A stretch of DNA of 64,000 nt from Octopus vulgaris (lineage: Eukaryota). The DNA lies in the NCBI GenBank assembly GCA_951406725.2, contig OX597825.1, positions 60,512,001 through 60,576,000 on the forward strand, written 5' to 3'. The translations under genes were made by a program, and so were the position numbers. The notes under the pieces were generated by a model. It did not search any database, was not told where the DNA came from, and saw only the letters and a program-made list of their open reading frames with translations. Shown in pieces: positions 41,466 through 54,299 of this stretch; the first letter of the stretch is position 1, and each line of letters starts with the position of its first letter.

Positions 41466-41589
41466 ATTTTATAGAAGGAGCTTCTACAGGACTAGAACTG
41501 TTTCATTCAGATGAAATCTTCAGGAAGCTTCCTGAAGATTTCATCTGAATGAAACAGTTCTAGTCCTGTAGAAGCTCCTTCTATAAAAT
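41466..41589. repeat. 124-bp perfect spacerless palindrome encoding an HHR on each strand
   Basis: Axis between 41527 and 41528 (caggaag|cttcctg); the 62-bp arms match base for base. Confidence 0.95.
41526..41576 (+). ncRNA. Type I hammerhead motif (mirror copy at 41479-41529 on the minus strand)
   Basis: agcttc-CTGAAGA-t-ttc atct gaa-t-GAAA-cag ttctagtc ctg-TA-gaagct. 6-bp stem I, short stem II, 4-bp helix III, GUA triplet. Confidence 0.78.
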
Positions 41590-41838
41590 TATATATATAT
41601 ATATATAAAGTTAATCCAAACAAGAAAGCACAAAAAAACACAACAACGCCAGGACGTGGAACAAATATAGTATTATTGGACGCTCAGGAAAGAAGGAGGG
41701 TTTAACGTTTCGAGCGGAGCCCTTCGTCGAATACATAGGAGAAGGAAAGATCCAGAGAAGGGAAGACAGAGGAAAAAACATCGCTAACGGTACACACGAG
41801 GTCACATTTTGAAAGACCGAAAGGAAAAGGGTATATAT

Positions 41839-41873
<35 letters not shown>

Positions 41874-42055
41874 TATTTATTAAAGCCGAAAAAGTCTTCA
41901 AAAACGTTTTCTGACGAATTTTTGGGTCTTTAATAAATGTATTACTCCACTTTTGGTATTCAAGTACTACTTTTTCCAGCTTCTTTTACATTTTATGTAC
42001 GTGCGTGTATATATACATAAAAGCACACACACACACACATACCCCTACATATATA

Positions 42056-42213
42056 GGGGTATGAGTGGCTGTGTGGTAGTAAGTAGCTGGTTCCGGGTTC
42101 AGTTCAAGTGCGTGGCACATTGAGCAAGTGTCTTCTATTGTAGCCTCGGGCCGACCAAAGCCTTGAGAGTGGATTTGGTAGACGGAAACTGAAAGAATCC
42201 CGTCGTGTATATG

Positions 42214-42251
<38 letters not shown>

Positions 42252-42480
42252 CCTGTGTATGTTTGTGTGTCTCTGTTTGTCCCCGCCCCAACATCGCTTG
42301 ACAACCGATGCTGTTGTGTTTACGTCCTCGTAACTTAGCGGTGCGGCAAAAGAGACCGATAGAATAAGTACTAGGCTTACAAAGAATAAGTCTTTGGGTC
42401 TAAATGCGGTGCTCCAGCATGGACACGGTCAAATGACTGAAACAAGTAAAAGAGTAAAAAAGAGTAAAAAGAGTAAAAGT
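42056..42480 (+). mobile_element. tRNA-derived SINE family A with internal (TA)n(TG)n tract
   Basis: gagtggctgtgtggta..ggttcagt..gacggaaactgaaagaa..gctccagcatgg..tgactgaaacaagtaaaagagt; multiple near-identical copies in this window. Confidence 0.9.
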
Positions 42481-43020
42481 AAATATATACAGAGCAAAGG
42501 TGATAGAGTGAGAATGAGCGAGACAGAGGCAGAGACAAATGTATTCATACGGATTTATATCAGAAATTGGTTAGCAACGACACAACGATAACGGTTGGCA
42601 GAAATAGGAATATTCTTACCTTCAGCTCTCCAAATCTACGATACTTTTGCAGTTTCATTCCTCAGGACAAAACTGCATTTCCATAGCCGTATGAACTAGT
42701 ATTGATACAATAGTTACAGATTGACCTAGAGAGGATGAGGCAAAAAAGAACCGAGAAAAGTTCACTTTTATATTTTTCTGTGGGGCAGCCAGAGATAAGA
42801 CATGTGTAAAACCTCGTAAGACACGTACAAAGACTCGTAAGACATGTACAAAGATAAATATAAATATTTAAGTCCATAAATGTGGAACGGTAGCAACATG
42901 AAAAAAGAACAAAACTACAAAGTTAAAACTTAACGGCTAGAACATCAGATAAAAAAACAAACAGAATGTACTTTGTTGTCTATCCATTGAAACAATAGAA
43001 TATATAATATATATACATAT

Positions 43021-43112
<92 letters not shown>

Positions 43113-43819
43113 ACCTGAAGCAAGGCGAAAAATGAGATATTTTGTTCTCTATGTTAGTTTTAAACAGGGGACAAAGATTAGCAAGAGGTATGAGAAACCC
43201 AAGCAAATGCTTGAATGTCACTGCATAAAAGAAAAGAGTAAAACTCAACGGAATTTTTATGTTTTTCATATTCTTTTCTTGCGATATCTCACTGGTTTTC
43301 ACATTAAATACTTTAATGTGAAGATGAGTGAGATATTGAAGAACCAAATATTAATATCAATCACAATATCTAGCCGACTATATGGCATTCTAAGACGCGA
43401 ACCATTACAGAATAACTTTAATGTTTTCAGAGTACTTTGAACTAAATATGTCTTCTGGTACTGATAATCATCGCATAATTTGTTACATTGCAAATGGTCG
43501 TTCCATTTGCGTTACATACACACGATTATTTTCATAGGGATGTGAATATTTTAAAAATTTATTCAAAATGAAGTATAACTCAAGACATCGAAGAAATGAC
43601 ATGCTGAGCTTAGCTACTGAGTATCCCTTCAGTGACGCAAAGACATTTTAAGAAAAGAAAAGATAGTTATTAAAAGCTATCCTTAGTCGAAGCTGGCTTG
43701 CTGCTAAGCAACAATTTCAAGCAGATTTAGTCCCATTGTCTCTAATTCTATAACTAACATTCCACATCATTTTATTTTTCTCATTTACAAGGTATGCTTC
43801 TAGTAAAATGATGTAGAAT

Positions 43820-44140
43820 CAGTGGTTCTCAATTGGCGTCCATATGGCCCTTAGGGCCCATAAAAGATCTACACAAGAAAATAGTATTTTAAGAGCTCTT
43901 GAAAAAAATTTTGCTTTATATTTATTCATTGGTGTGTATTGTAAGAAACAGCTTGGGTTCTTTCTCAAACATTTTTGCATAGTTCAACCTACATAAGTTA
44001 AAGTGTGAATAAAAAAATAGGAAATTTGAAAGAAGTTTCTATAAAACTAGTTTTTTTTAAGCATCGAATGACTTTGGGAGTCCACCAGATTAAAATAGTA
44101 ATCAAGGAGTCCATATATAAAAGATGGTTGAGAATCCCTA
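43820..44140. mobile_element. hAT (Charlie-like) MITE
   Basis: TIRs cagtggttctcaa / ttgagaatccct. Flanks atgtagaa and gtctagaa resemble the nTCTAGAn target; repeated gtccat subterminal motifs. Confidence 0.65.
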
Positions 44141-44806
44141 GTCTAGAAGCCATGCATATTAACATAAGAAGAATGTTTCCCTTCTGTCAGTCGCTGTTGA
44201 ACATGTATAATCAACAAGAAGTTTCCTTATATATTATGCCTGGAAGACAATTCTGAATTTTTCGTAGAATTACAGTCATGATCCTTTGTCCGAAATTATT
44301 AGGAGCAGATGTATTGCGGACAACGGAAATCGTATACTTCGATCTATTAAATGAGATAGCATGGACATGGAGTCCAAGTTTACACAGTTTATTCATTTAC
44401 ATTATATATTGCAGTTTAAAAACTTACCGCACAGATACGTTATCAACACATTTTGCGGAAGTCTAGTAACGCACGATATATGATTCTTTTACATTTCACT
44501 TTGCATCAAATCGATAGATATATTGCCTACTAGCTTAAAAGCCATCAGGTAGGGCGGATTTTAAGGTATCTCCAGAGGAGGGCTCTTCATTGGGCCTTGA
44601 ACCCAATAATAACACTTCATGCATCGAGTACATATTAAATTTTATTAAACTTGACAAATATTTTTCAAGCAATCAACAATTTTCGGCAAAATAATGATAT
44701 AATATGTCGACTTGGAAATTATTGCAAAGCTTCATGATAAACGACATTTTTGTCTTCCCATTCGGGGTGGGATGGTGGTCAGTACAATTTTTTCTGCCTA
44801 ACCTCT

Positions 44807-44856
<50 letters not shown>

Positions 44857-45683
44857 GCTGATTGTTTTCAACCGTCACCATCACCAGTACCACCACCATC
44901 GCCACCACAGTTGCCATACACACACCATTCAGACTTCTGATACCACCACCTTAACCACCAACACCACCTTCACCATCATCACCGTCGCCTCCACCTCTAT
45001 CACAACTACAACTCATACTATTACTATCACCTCATTACCCTCTGAACTGTCAATCTACTACCACCCTCACCGTCTCTATGCCAACTATTACTCTCACCCC
45101 AGCAAGAGGAGTAGAAGTGTCATTTAGTAGTGAGAGGGACGGGGTCAAAGTGTGGCACACAGACAGCAATTCGTTTTGGCATTTATTATCATAGATTACA
45201 CGCGTTCGGTTGAAAACCAGCAAAAACAGATACACGCTAATTTCGCTGTTGGCAACTTCATTTTAAGCTTTCCCACAAGACATTTTGTCAAAAATATTTA
45301 TGGGCACATTCAGAAATTGTTCATTTGTGGAAAATTTCCCAGTTTAACAGTCAGATTTTCCAGATATTTGCCTTATGAATTTCGTACAAAACAAAATACA
45401 AATGTCGAAGTATGTTTCCTACAGCAAATGAAAATACGGCATTTAATTTGAAAACCATTTTGGAAATCCGAAATTTGTATAATATAAAGTATGGACAATT
45501 TAACATTTGACTCTCATTATTTACTATGCGAATGTGGATATATATCTTTTTATGTGACTGATAATATCCATTTAAATCAACGGTAAACTACAAATGTACA
45601 TATCGTGAATGAGATTTTAAAATGCGTGTGCCTAAGTATACCAATAAAGATTCATCTGGAAATGTATGGAAAGTGATGCTTAA

Positions 45684-45799
<116 letters not shown>

Positions 45800-46193
45800 A
45801 TCTATCTATCTATCTATCACACATACATTTATATGTACAAATAATAAAAACATATGTATGATTATACACATATAAGTATGTACATACATATATGCAAATA
45901 TACACGTATTTTTGTGTTTTACTAGTATATCTCCGTTTATAATTTTGTGCTGCAAGCTGTAGATTTGTGGTAATGGGGAGATTATGTATGATCAATTTCC
46001 GTAAATAGAATTTTCAAATGCTGTAACGCAATGCTCAATGTGGCTACCAAAAGCGCAAATACGGAATATTAGAAGCATATACCGACATATATCAATAAAT
46101 ATGTGTATGCATGCATGAATGTATGTATGTATATATGTATGTATGTATGTATGCTTGCATGAATGTATGTATGTATGTATGTATGTATGTATG

Positions 46194-46252
<59 letters not shown>

Positions 46253-46735
46253 ATGGATGTGGGTATGTGTGTATGTATAAATTGATAAATACATACATAA
46301 ATTGTTATAAAAATATAGATAAGCACATAATATCCCCATATATGTATGTAGGTACGAATGTATCTGTTCAAATGCGTGCTGAAACGAGATGTGCTTATGC
46401 AAGCATCGATACAAGTTTTATTCTTATATAAATTATTAATGGGTGAAGGAACAGAAGTTCATGTAATGTTTGTTCTTGTCTCTTTAGTTTTTTTATAATT
46501 CATCATTTTTCTTCAACGTGTCTCATCCATTACTTGAAATCGTCAATCATTTTTTAAAAAGAGTAGATTCTAGAAGTTATCTCGAAAACTAATATGATCA
46601 GGAGAATTACCAAAACGTGAAATTCGTCGCCGTAGGCGTATGTAAATGGAAGTTATATACACAGATTCATACAAATATATATATACATATGTATATAAAT
46701 ACACACGAACACACATATGTATATATATATATATA

Positions 46736-46967
46736 TGGCTGTGTGGTAAGAAACTTCCTTTCCAATCACAAAGTTCTAATTTCAGTCCCCCTGCGTGGCA
46801 CCTTGGGCACTTCTTTTCTACTATATAGCCGGACTGACAAAAGCCCCGTTAGCGGATTAGGTTCGCGGATGCTAAAAGACGCTTGTTTGATCACTACTCT
46901 CCTCTCTCTCTCTCTATTTCTCTCTCTCTCTCTCTCTCTTATATATATATATATATATAACACACAC

Positions 46968-47036
<69 letters not shown>

Positions 47037-47045
47037 CTTACATAT

Positions 47046-47098
<53 letters not shown>

Positions 47099-47100
47099 CT

Positions 47101-47137
<37 letters not shown>

Positions 47138-47428
47138 CAAAATGGCACAAGAACGCAAAACATTGAGACAGTTAGGTGATACGAAAAGGGATATATATAT
47201 ATACACATACCTATATATGTGTGTGCGTGCGTGTGCGTGTCCTGTTTCTGGTTGATAACCGGTGTTGGTTTATTTATGTCCCTGCAACTGAGCGGATCAG
47301 CAAAAGTGTTTGACAGAAGTTCTATAGTTAAAGATAGTAAATTACTGGGAAAGACTTGTTTCACTAAAACATTCGCTGCATTATCCAAATATGGCCATTG
47401 TGCAATGTTTGAAACAAGTAAACGATGA
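46736..47428 (+). mobile_element. Diverged SINE family A with a greatly expanded internal microsatellite
   Basis: Head tggctgtgtggtaag..agtccccctgcgtggcaccttgggca and tail gaaacaagtaaa, with ~330 bp of (CT)/(TA) between. Confidence 0.75.
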
Positions 47429-47491
47429 AATATAGATAGATAAATAGATAAATAGATACATAGTTATGCAAACAGAAAGATATTTAAATTG

Positions 47492-47548
<57 letters not shown>

Positions 47549-48254
47549 GAGACGGAACGAGAGAGAAGTGAATAAATAAATTTAGAAAGAAAAATGTGAA
47601 CTTTCTTTTACACGCACACATATTATTATTTATATATTTAGGGGATGAAATTGTTATGTAATTTATTTCTATGAAAGCATGTAAACAAGCACGAATACCA
47701 TTCTAGATACAACCATGTAGACAAAATTTTCTATATTCTGTAGACTTATAATTACTTATCCGCACGCTTGCTGTCGTACATAAATATATACATATACTAC
47801 ACACTTATATATGTTCTACACACATGCATATAAATAACTACAGGCTTATGATTGTATGATTGTATGCATGCTTGTCTGTCTGTCTGTATGTATGTATGTG
47901 TGTTTTCTGAGAAAAAAACCCTGCGACACTGACAATATTCGATAATGTAAACTAGTTTTTCTTTTCGAGTTTATGCTGTTCATGATCAGACAGTGGGATT
48001 GGATTTGTGCAAATCATTCCCCCAGTATAAAAAAAAAACTATCATAATATACAGACATCGCTTGAAAAAAGTAAGACCTATCATAAAAATGGCTGGTCGT
48101 AATCTTTGCTTGTGTGGGGCTTTCGATAAGGCGATGGCGAATGAGAGTTTGCAACCACCATGTATGTATGTATGTATGTATGTATGTATGTATGTATGTA
48201 TGTATGTATGTATGTATGTATGTATGTATGTATGTATATTTATGTATGTATGTA

Positions 48255-48487
48255 TGTATGTGGAAGAGAGTGTAATTCGGCAGGAGGATTTAAACGACAT
48301 GCAAAGGTACATGAAGCCCAGTTACAACTACAGCCGGCTAGTACCGGTAAAGGTATTAGTTGCCAATTCTGTACAAGACGTAGATCTTTAGCTGGGCTAA
48401 AATGTCACATTCGATCACAGCAACAGTAACAGTTAAGCTTCGTGCAATGCCATACTCGATAACGAAGGGGCAGCCATAATGATAATA
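48255..48487 (+). mobile_element. LINE 3' end (RTE-like) with two C2H2-like zinc-finger remnants
   Basis: VCGRECNSAGGFKRHAKVH and CQFCTRRRSLAGLKCHIRS, then a short 3' UTR ending ataatgataata. Confidence 0.6.
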
Positions 48488-48831
48488 TATGCATGTCTGT
48501 ATATATGTATGTATGCATTTATGTATGTATCTATGTATGTATCTATGTATGTATGCATGTATGTGAGAACTATACAACACAAAGCTGGAAATAGCAGGCT
48601 TTGATAGCAAATCACAACAAATTTTATCTGCACCAGCTTTATGCTGCTAATTTTGCATTCATATATCATTATATACCATTATTCCTCAGAAAAACTATAT
48701 AAATAGATACATATAATCCAGTAACAGCTGTGTGTTATTGTTTCCTCGAGTAGAATGCTAATAAGCGCTGTCGGATTTCTTTGAGTTCTTCATAGATACA
48801 ATGTCAATTTTTTCCCACCAAACAGGAAATA

Positions 48832-49242
48832 GGCGTAGGAGTGGCTAAGTGGTAAGTAGCTTGCTTACCAACCACATGGTTCCGAGTTCAGTCGCACTGC
48901 GTGGCACCTTGGGCAAGTGTCTTCTACTTAAGCCACGGGCCGACCAAAGCCTTGTGAGTGTATTTGGTAGACGGAAACTGAAAGAAGCCCGTCGAATGTA
49001 TGTATAAATATATGTATATGTATGTATATGTTTGTGTATTTGTGTTTGTCCCCCCAACATCGCTTGACAACCGATGTTGGTGTGTTTACGTCCCCGTAAC
49101 TTAGCGTTTCGGCAAAAGAGACCGATAGAATATTACTGGGCTTACAAGGAATAAGTCCTAGGGTCGATTTGCTCGACTAAAGGTGGTGCTCCAGCATGGC
49201 CACAGTCAAATGTCTGAAAGAAGGAAAAGAGTAAAAGAGTAA
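48832..49242 (+). mobile_element. SINE family A, full length
   Basis: High identity to 62968-63378. Confidence 0.92.
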
Positions 49243-50649
49243 ACAGTTCATAAGATTCCGGGCCAAACATATTGTTGTAGTGACGCAAAAACAAATACAA
49301 AAGTAATATCATAGTAATAGTACGAACAGCATTAACAGTAGCAAATTAAAGGCGCGTTTAATGATATCGATAATAATAAAAATAACAACAAAGTCAAAAC
49401 TATTTGAGTGGTATGACAAAAAAAGAAAAAAGAACCAAAGATGATTTTTACTCATTGAGTAGCTGAAGTGTGTCAATGAGGTAAAAAAAGCAAAAACAAA
49501 AAATAAATATACAAAACTACAAATCATATTATTCCTTATTACGCTGTCACCGTTTATTTTATTGCCATGGTATATTTTTTCAAGCCGAGACATCTATTTT
49601 GAATCATTTATTATCTTCATATTTTCCGGCTGTTTGGTTTCAAGTAACCTTAATGAATTCTACTGGTCAAAACTGTAGTCATTAACTGTAGTCATTAACT
49701 GTAGTCTTAAATTATTTTCTGGATCGAATTTATATTCCTATTTATTTGCTTTTGCTTTTAAAACATAAAGTAATGTTTGTTGCCACTTCAACATCGCTGT
49801 TCCGTACGGAACTACATTGTAACTCCAGGAGAACATCTCCTCCAGCTGGTTAGTGACACAACCTTTGTCCAATATACTGCAAACAGAGGAGCGAACCCCT
49901 GTCATATAGCAGTGACCACCAGTAAACCAGTCACCCTGAAACTAGGCTCTATACTGGTATTGTCAACTTAAGATGGTAGGAGATGGCTCCCCTCCTCGCA
50001 AGATATCGGACACGGGTTGTGTCGTTAACTACCAAGAGATGTCCCCCGAGGTTAAAAAACGGCAGTAATATAGCTCCGTATCGAACAGCCAACACACATT
50101 ACTTTTTAGTATTATTACTACTTACATCTCATATAGAGATTTTAGAACTAGCTATTTTGCTATTTAAACATACATATTCGACATTTTACCTTACATTTTC
50201 TTAAATCTAAATTTGCACTAATATACGTTTATACATCCCGCCCACGCTTAACCATTGCGAAATTTTCCTTTACTTAGAGGTGAAATTTGTTTACTGTCAG
50301 AGTGTGTTCATTAAATCTTCCAAAATAGATTATCGTATTCTTGGTGCACTATCTAGCAAAACCCATTACTTTTTCATCTATCTTTACAAATGTTTTTGGT
50401 GACTCTGTTTCTCATTTAAATATCTCTGACCTGATATCTAGAGTCACCAACCTATTTTACATGATATTTTTGTTATATTAAATCATTGACTTCTCTCTGT
50501 CCGTATGAATGTTATATATCCATCTTCTTCCCGGATATGTATTTTCTATAACAATACTTTGTAGTGTATACTGTATGATACCTTCTGATTATTGTAGTCG
50601 TCTAGTAGCCTTTATAGCTATTACATTATTTCAATCAGGCCAGAACATA

Positions 50650-51098
50650 TTGTTTTCAAATTTTGGCACAAAGCCAGCAATTTCGAGAGAGATGGTAAGT
50701 CAATTACAGTCACCCTAGTGCTCTACTGATACTGAAGTTATCGATCCTGAAGGGGAATAAAAGGCAGAGTCCACCACAGTACAATTTGAACTCAAAATGC
50801 AAGGATGGGCGAAATGTAGTTAAGCATTTTGCGCGACGTGCTAACTTTTCTGTCAGATCGCCATCTTAATCGAGCCTAAAAATATTGATTTCAGCTATAG
50901 GCAGAATTCCTGAAATTTCGGGGGACGAGGAGAGTCAATTACATAGACACCAGTGCTCAACTGGTACTTTATTTGTCGACTCCAAGAGGATTAAAAGCAA
51001 AATCGACGCTAGCGGGATTTGAACTTAGAACGTAAAGTCGGAAGAAATTCCACTAAGTATTTTGCCAGGCGAGCTAACGATACTACCAGTTCGCCGCA
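50650..51098 (-). mobile_element. Two tandem SINE family C copies
   Basis: About 50650-50867 and 50885-51098; same motifs and tandem layout as 8925-9365. Confidence 0.78.
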
Positions 51099-51185
51099 TT
51101 CGAATCAGAAGATATTACAATTTCCTATTTCATTACACACACGATAAAAAAAACGCGCGCGCGCGCGCACCCACTCGCACACTCG

Positions 51186-51244
<59 letters not shown>

Positions 51245-51554
51245 GCATGGACACACATACACATTCATTTTTAGACAGAGGCAGTATCATATAACATTAT
51301 AAATTTTTCCCCCTCTAAAACATTCACACCTTGTCTGTGATAGCGGAATACCCAGTGCATATACGTGTATATATACATATATTTATATATGTATACATGA
51401 ATATAAATACGCGCGTGTGAGCATGTGTGTGCGTTTGTGTGCGTGTGCGTGTGTGCTCTAAACACGTTAGAGAACACATTTGAATTAATAGAGAACGTTG
51501 CGTGGTTTCTACCAAAGTTTCAGTCATCTTCCTCAGATCTCCCTATGTTAGACC

Positions 51555-51943
51555 AGAGAGTGTAATTCGGCAGGAGGATTTAAACGACATGCAAAGGTAC
51601 ATGAAGCCCAGTTACAACTACAGCCGGCTAGTACCGGTAAAGGTATTAGTTGCCAATTCTGTACAAGACGTAGATCTTTAGCTGGGCTAAAATGTCACAT
51701 TCGATCACAGCAACAGTAACAGTTAAGCTTCGTGCAATGCCATACTCGATAACGAAGGGGCAGCCATAATGATAATATATGCATGTCTGTATATATGTAT
51801 GTATGCATTTATGTATGTATCTATGTATGTATCTATGTATGTATGCATGTATGTGAGAACTATACAACACAAAGCTGGAAATAGCAGGCTTTGATAGCAA
51901 ATCACAACAAATTTTATCTGCACCAGCTTTATGCTGCTAATTT
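51555..51943 (+). repeat. 389-bp direct duplicate of 48265-48653
   Basis: No mismatch seen by eye; offset 3290 bp. Confidence 0.93.
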
Positions 51944-52025
51944 ATGCTGCTAATAACGGTATTACTTGACAAAGAAGAAAAAGAAAAGGCAAGATTAGCT
52001 ATTATATATTAAATGTGTCACCATA

Positions 52026-52398
52026 GGCGCAGGAGTAGCTGTATGGTTAGTAGATTGCTTACCAACCACATGGTTCAGGGTTCAGTCCCATTGTGTGATA
52101 ACTTCGGCAAGTGTCTTCTACTATAGCCTCGGGCTGACCAAAGCCTTGTAAGTGGATTTGGTAAACGGAAACTGAAAGAAGCTCGTCGTATATATATATA
52201 TATATATATATATACAAACATACATACATCGCTTGACAACCGATGCTGGTGTGTTTATGTACTCGTAACTTAGCGGTTCGGCATAAAAGACCGATAGAAT
52301 AAGTAATAGGTTATACAAAGTATAAGTCTTCGGGTCGATTTGCTCGACTAAAGGCGGTGCTCCAGCATGGCTGCAGTCAAATAATAACTAAAAGAATA
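52026..52398 (+). mobile_element. SINE family A
   Basis: Same head, body and tail as 48832. Confidence 0.9.
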
Positions 52399-53247
52399 CA
52401 ATGACTAAAACAATACAAATCAGTTGTATCTGAACATGATTCCACCAGTCAGGTTGACTAGTATATAACAAAATAACAGTAGACTTCAATGAAAATTTTG
52501 TCAGACTTTGAAGGAATTTGATTAAACCTATGAAAGACTAGGATATTCGATTATCAAACGGAACAACCTGAGGCGCTACTCAGAAAATCTGCCGGTCAGT
52601 ATTGTGATAGCGTTATCAATTATTCAACTTTTTGCGTCTTACATAGTAATTGAAAATATTTTAGATACATTAGTAAAGTACTTTACGCATTAAATTCTTT
52701 TAACTAACGCTTTCACTGTCTAATGTATGTTGCTTGTTTTTCAACATTCTAATTATTGTTGTACTTAGATAAATGCAAATGTTCCGGGTATTAAAAATTT
52801 GGAAGCCTATATGTAATATTCGTAATTTTATTGTCCCTTTTACACATAGCCTACTGAATACTTTATATTCCCCAAGACGATTTAAAAACCGAACCCCAAT
52901 GTTTAATCTTTGGATGATTTTAGGATCCTACTAGCTGTTCACTTACATTTTGCTACCTTCTTAGAAATATGGTAACACATAATGTTGCATTGTTACTCAG
53001 ATTTTCCAGGTTTCCCAGATTACGAATGATTGTGACTCCAAGTTTGCCATAATTCCTGATTCTCTCTTTTCTGATACAGGTTACTTGACAAATTTTAACA
53101 TTGACGTGTCTTTTATTTTCTTTAGTCCGATTGTATATTGCTTCAAGGGATTTCTGTAGTTTTATACTCTCATAAACGTAACTGTCTTGAACTGATACTG
53201 TTCTACCACCAAACAAGCGAGTGACTGTCGCTGACTGTATGACGGAT

Positions 53248-53305
<58 letters not shown>

Positions 53306-53309
<4 letters not shown>

Positions 53310-53510
53310 TCTTTTACTTGTTTCAGTCATTTGACTGTGGCCATGCTGGAGCACCGCCTTTAGTCGAGCAAATCGACGCTGGGACTTATTCTTTGTAAGC
53401 CCAGTACTTATTCTATCGGTCTCTTTTTGCCGAACCGCTAAGTGACGGGGACATAAGCACACCAGCATCGGTTGTCAAGCAATGCTAAGGGGACAAACAC
53501 AGACACACAA

Positions 53511-53559
<49 letters not shown>

Positions 53560-53695
53560 TACGACAGGCTTCCTTCAGTTTCCGTCTACCAAATCCACTC
53601 ACAAGCATTGGTCGGCAGAAGACAATTGCCCAAGATGCCACGCAGTGGGACTGAACCCGGAACCATGTGGTTGGTTAGCAAGCTACTTACCACAC
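53306..53695 (-). mobile_element. SINE family A (minus strand)
   Basis: Reverse complement of the family A consensus (tactcttttacttgtttcagtca...agctacttaccacac). Confidence 0.9.
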
Positions 53696-53863
53696 ATATA
53701 TATATACACAATTACATGTTTACATTAAAACATACAGGCACAGACACACACACACACACACACACATACACACACGTATATATACACACAATTACATGTT
53801 TACATTCACACAGGGGCATAGACACAGAGACACAGACACAGAGACACAGACACACACACAGAA

Positions 53864-53914
<51 letters not shown>

Positions 53915-54299
53915 CTAGCAGTATCGCCCGGCGTTGCTCAGGTTTGTAAGGGAAATAACTATAAAGCATTTTTAGAGAGTTATAGCCAAAAAATAGCAAA
54001 AAAATTGAAAAAAATGATGGTAAATATTTTTTTGAGAGTTAAAGAAGGTGGAGTTGCGTCCCCTAGACAGTTTGTGGTTTGTGTTTCTGATTCTCGACCC
54101 CATGTCGAATTTATCGATTTTTTTCAGAACTGGGGGAACTTTTCAAAATTTTCGCTGCGTTAGTTTTGAATTATGACATTGGGCTATGTGTGTGTCAAGT
54201 TTCATCAGAATCGGTTGAAAGCCGTGGTCAGGGTGAGGGTACAAGCAAACAGACACACAGAAACACGCACAGACAAACTGCCGTTTATATAGAGAGAGA
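53915..54299 (-). mobile_element. Non-autonomous Helitron
   Basis: Minus strand starts TC (tctctctctatataaacggcag) and ends with a subterminal GC hairpin cctgagcaacgccggg followed by CTAG. Inserted between A and T with no TSD. Confidence 0.8.

Noticed and set aside
44876-45100. His/Thr/Pro-rich ORFs
   Set aside because: Degenerate (CAC/CAT)n low-complexity sequence.
52953-53468. 171-aa ORF as a host exon
   Set aside because: Begins in a SINE and crosses a (CA)n tract; the remainder has no recognisable domain.
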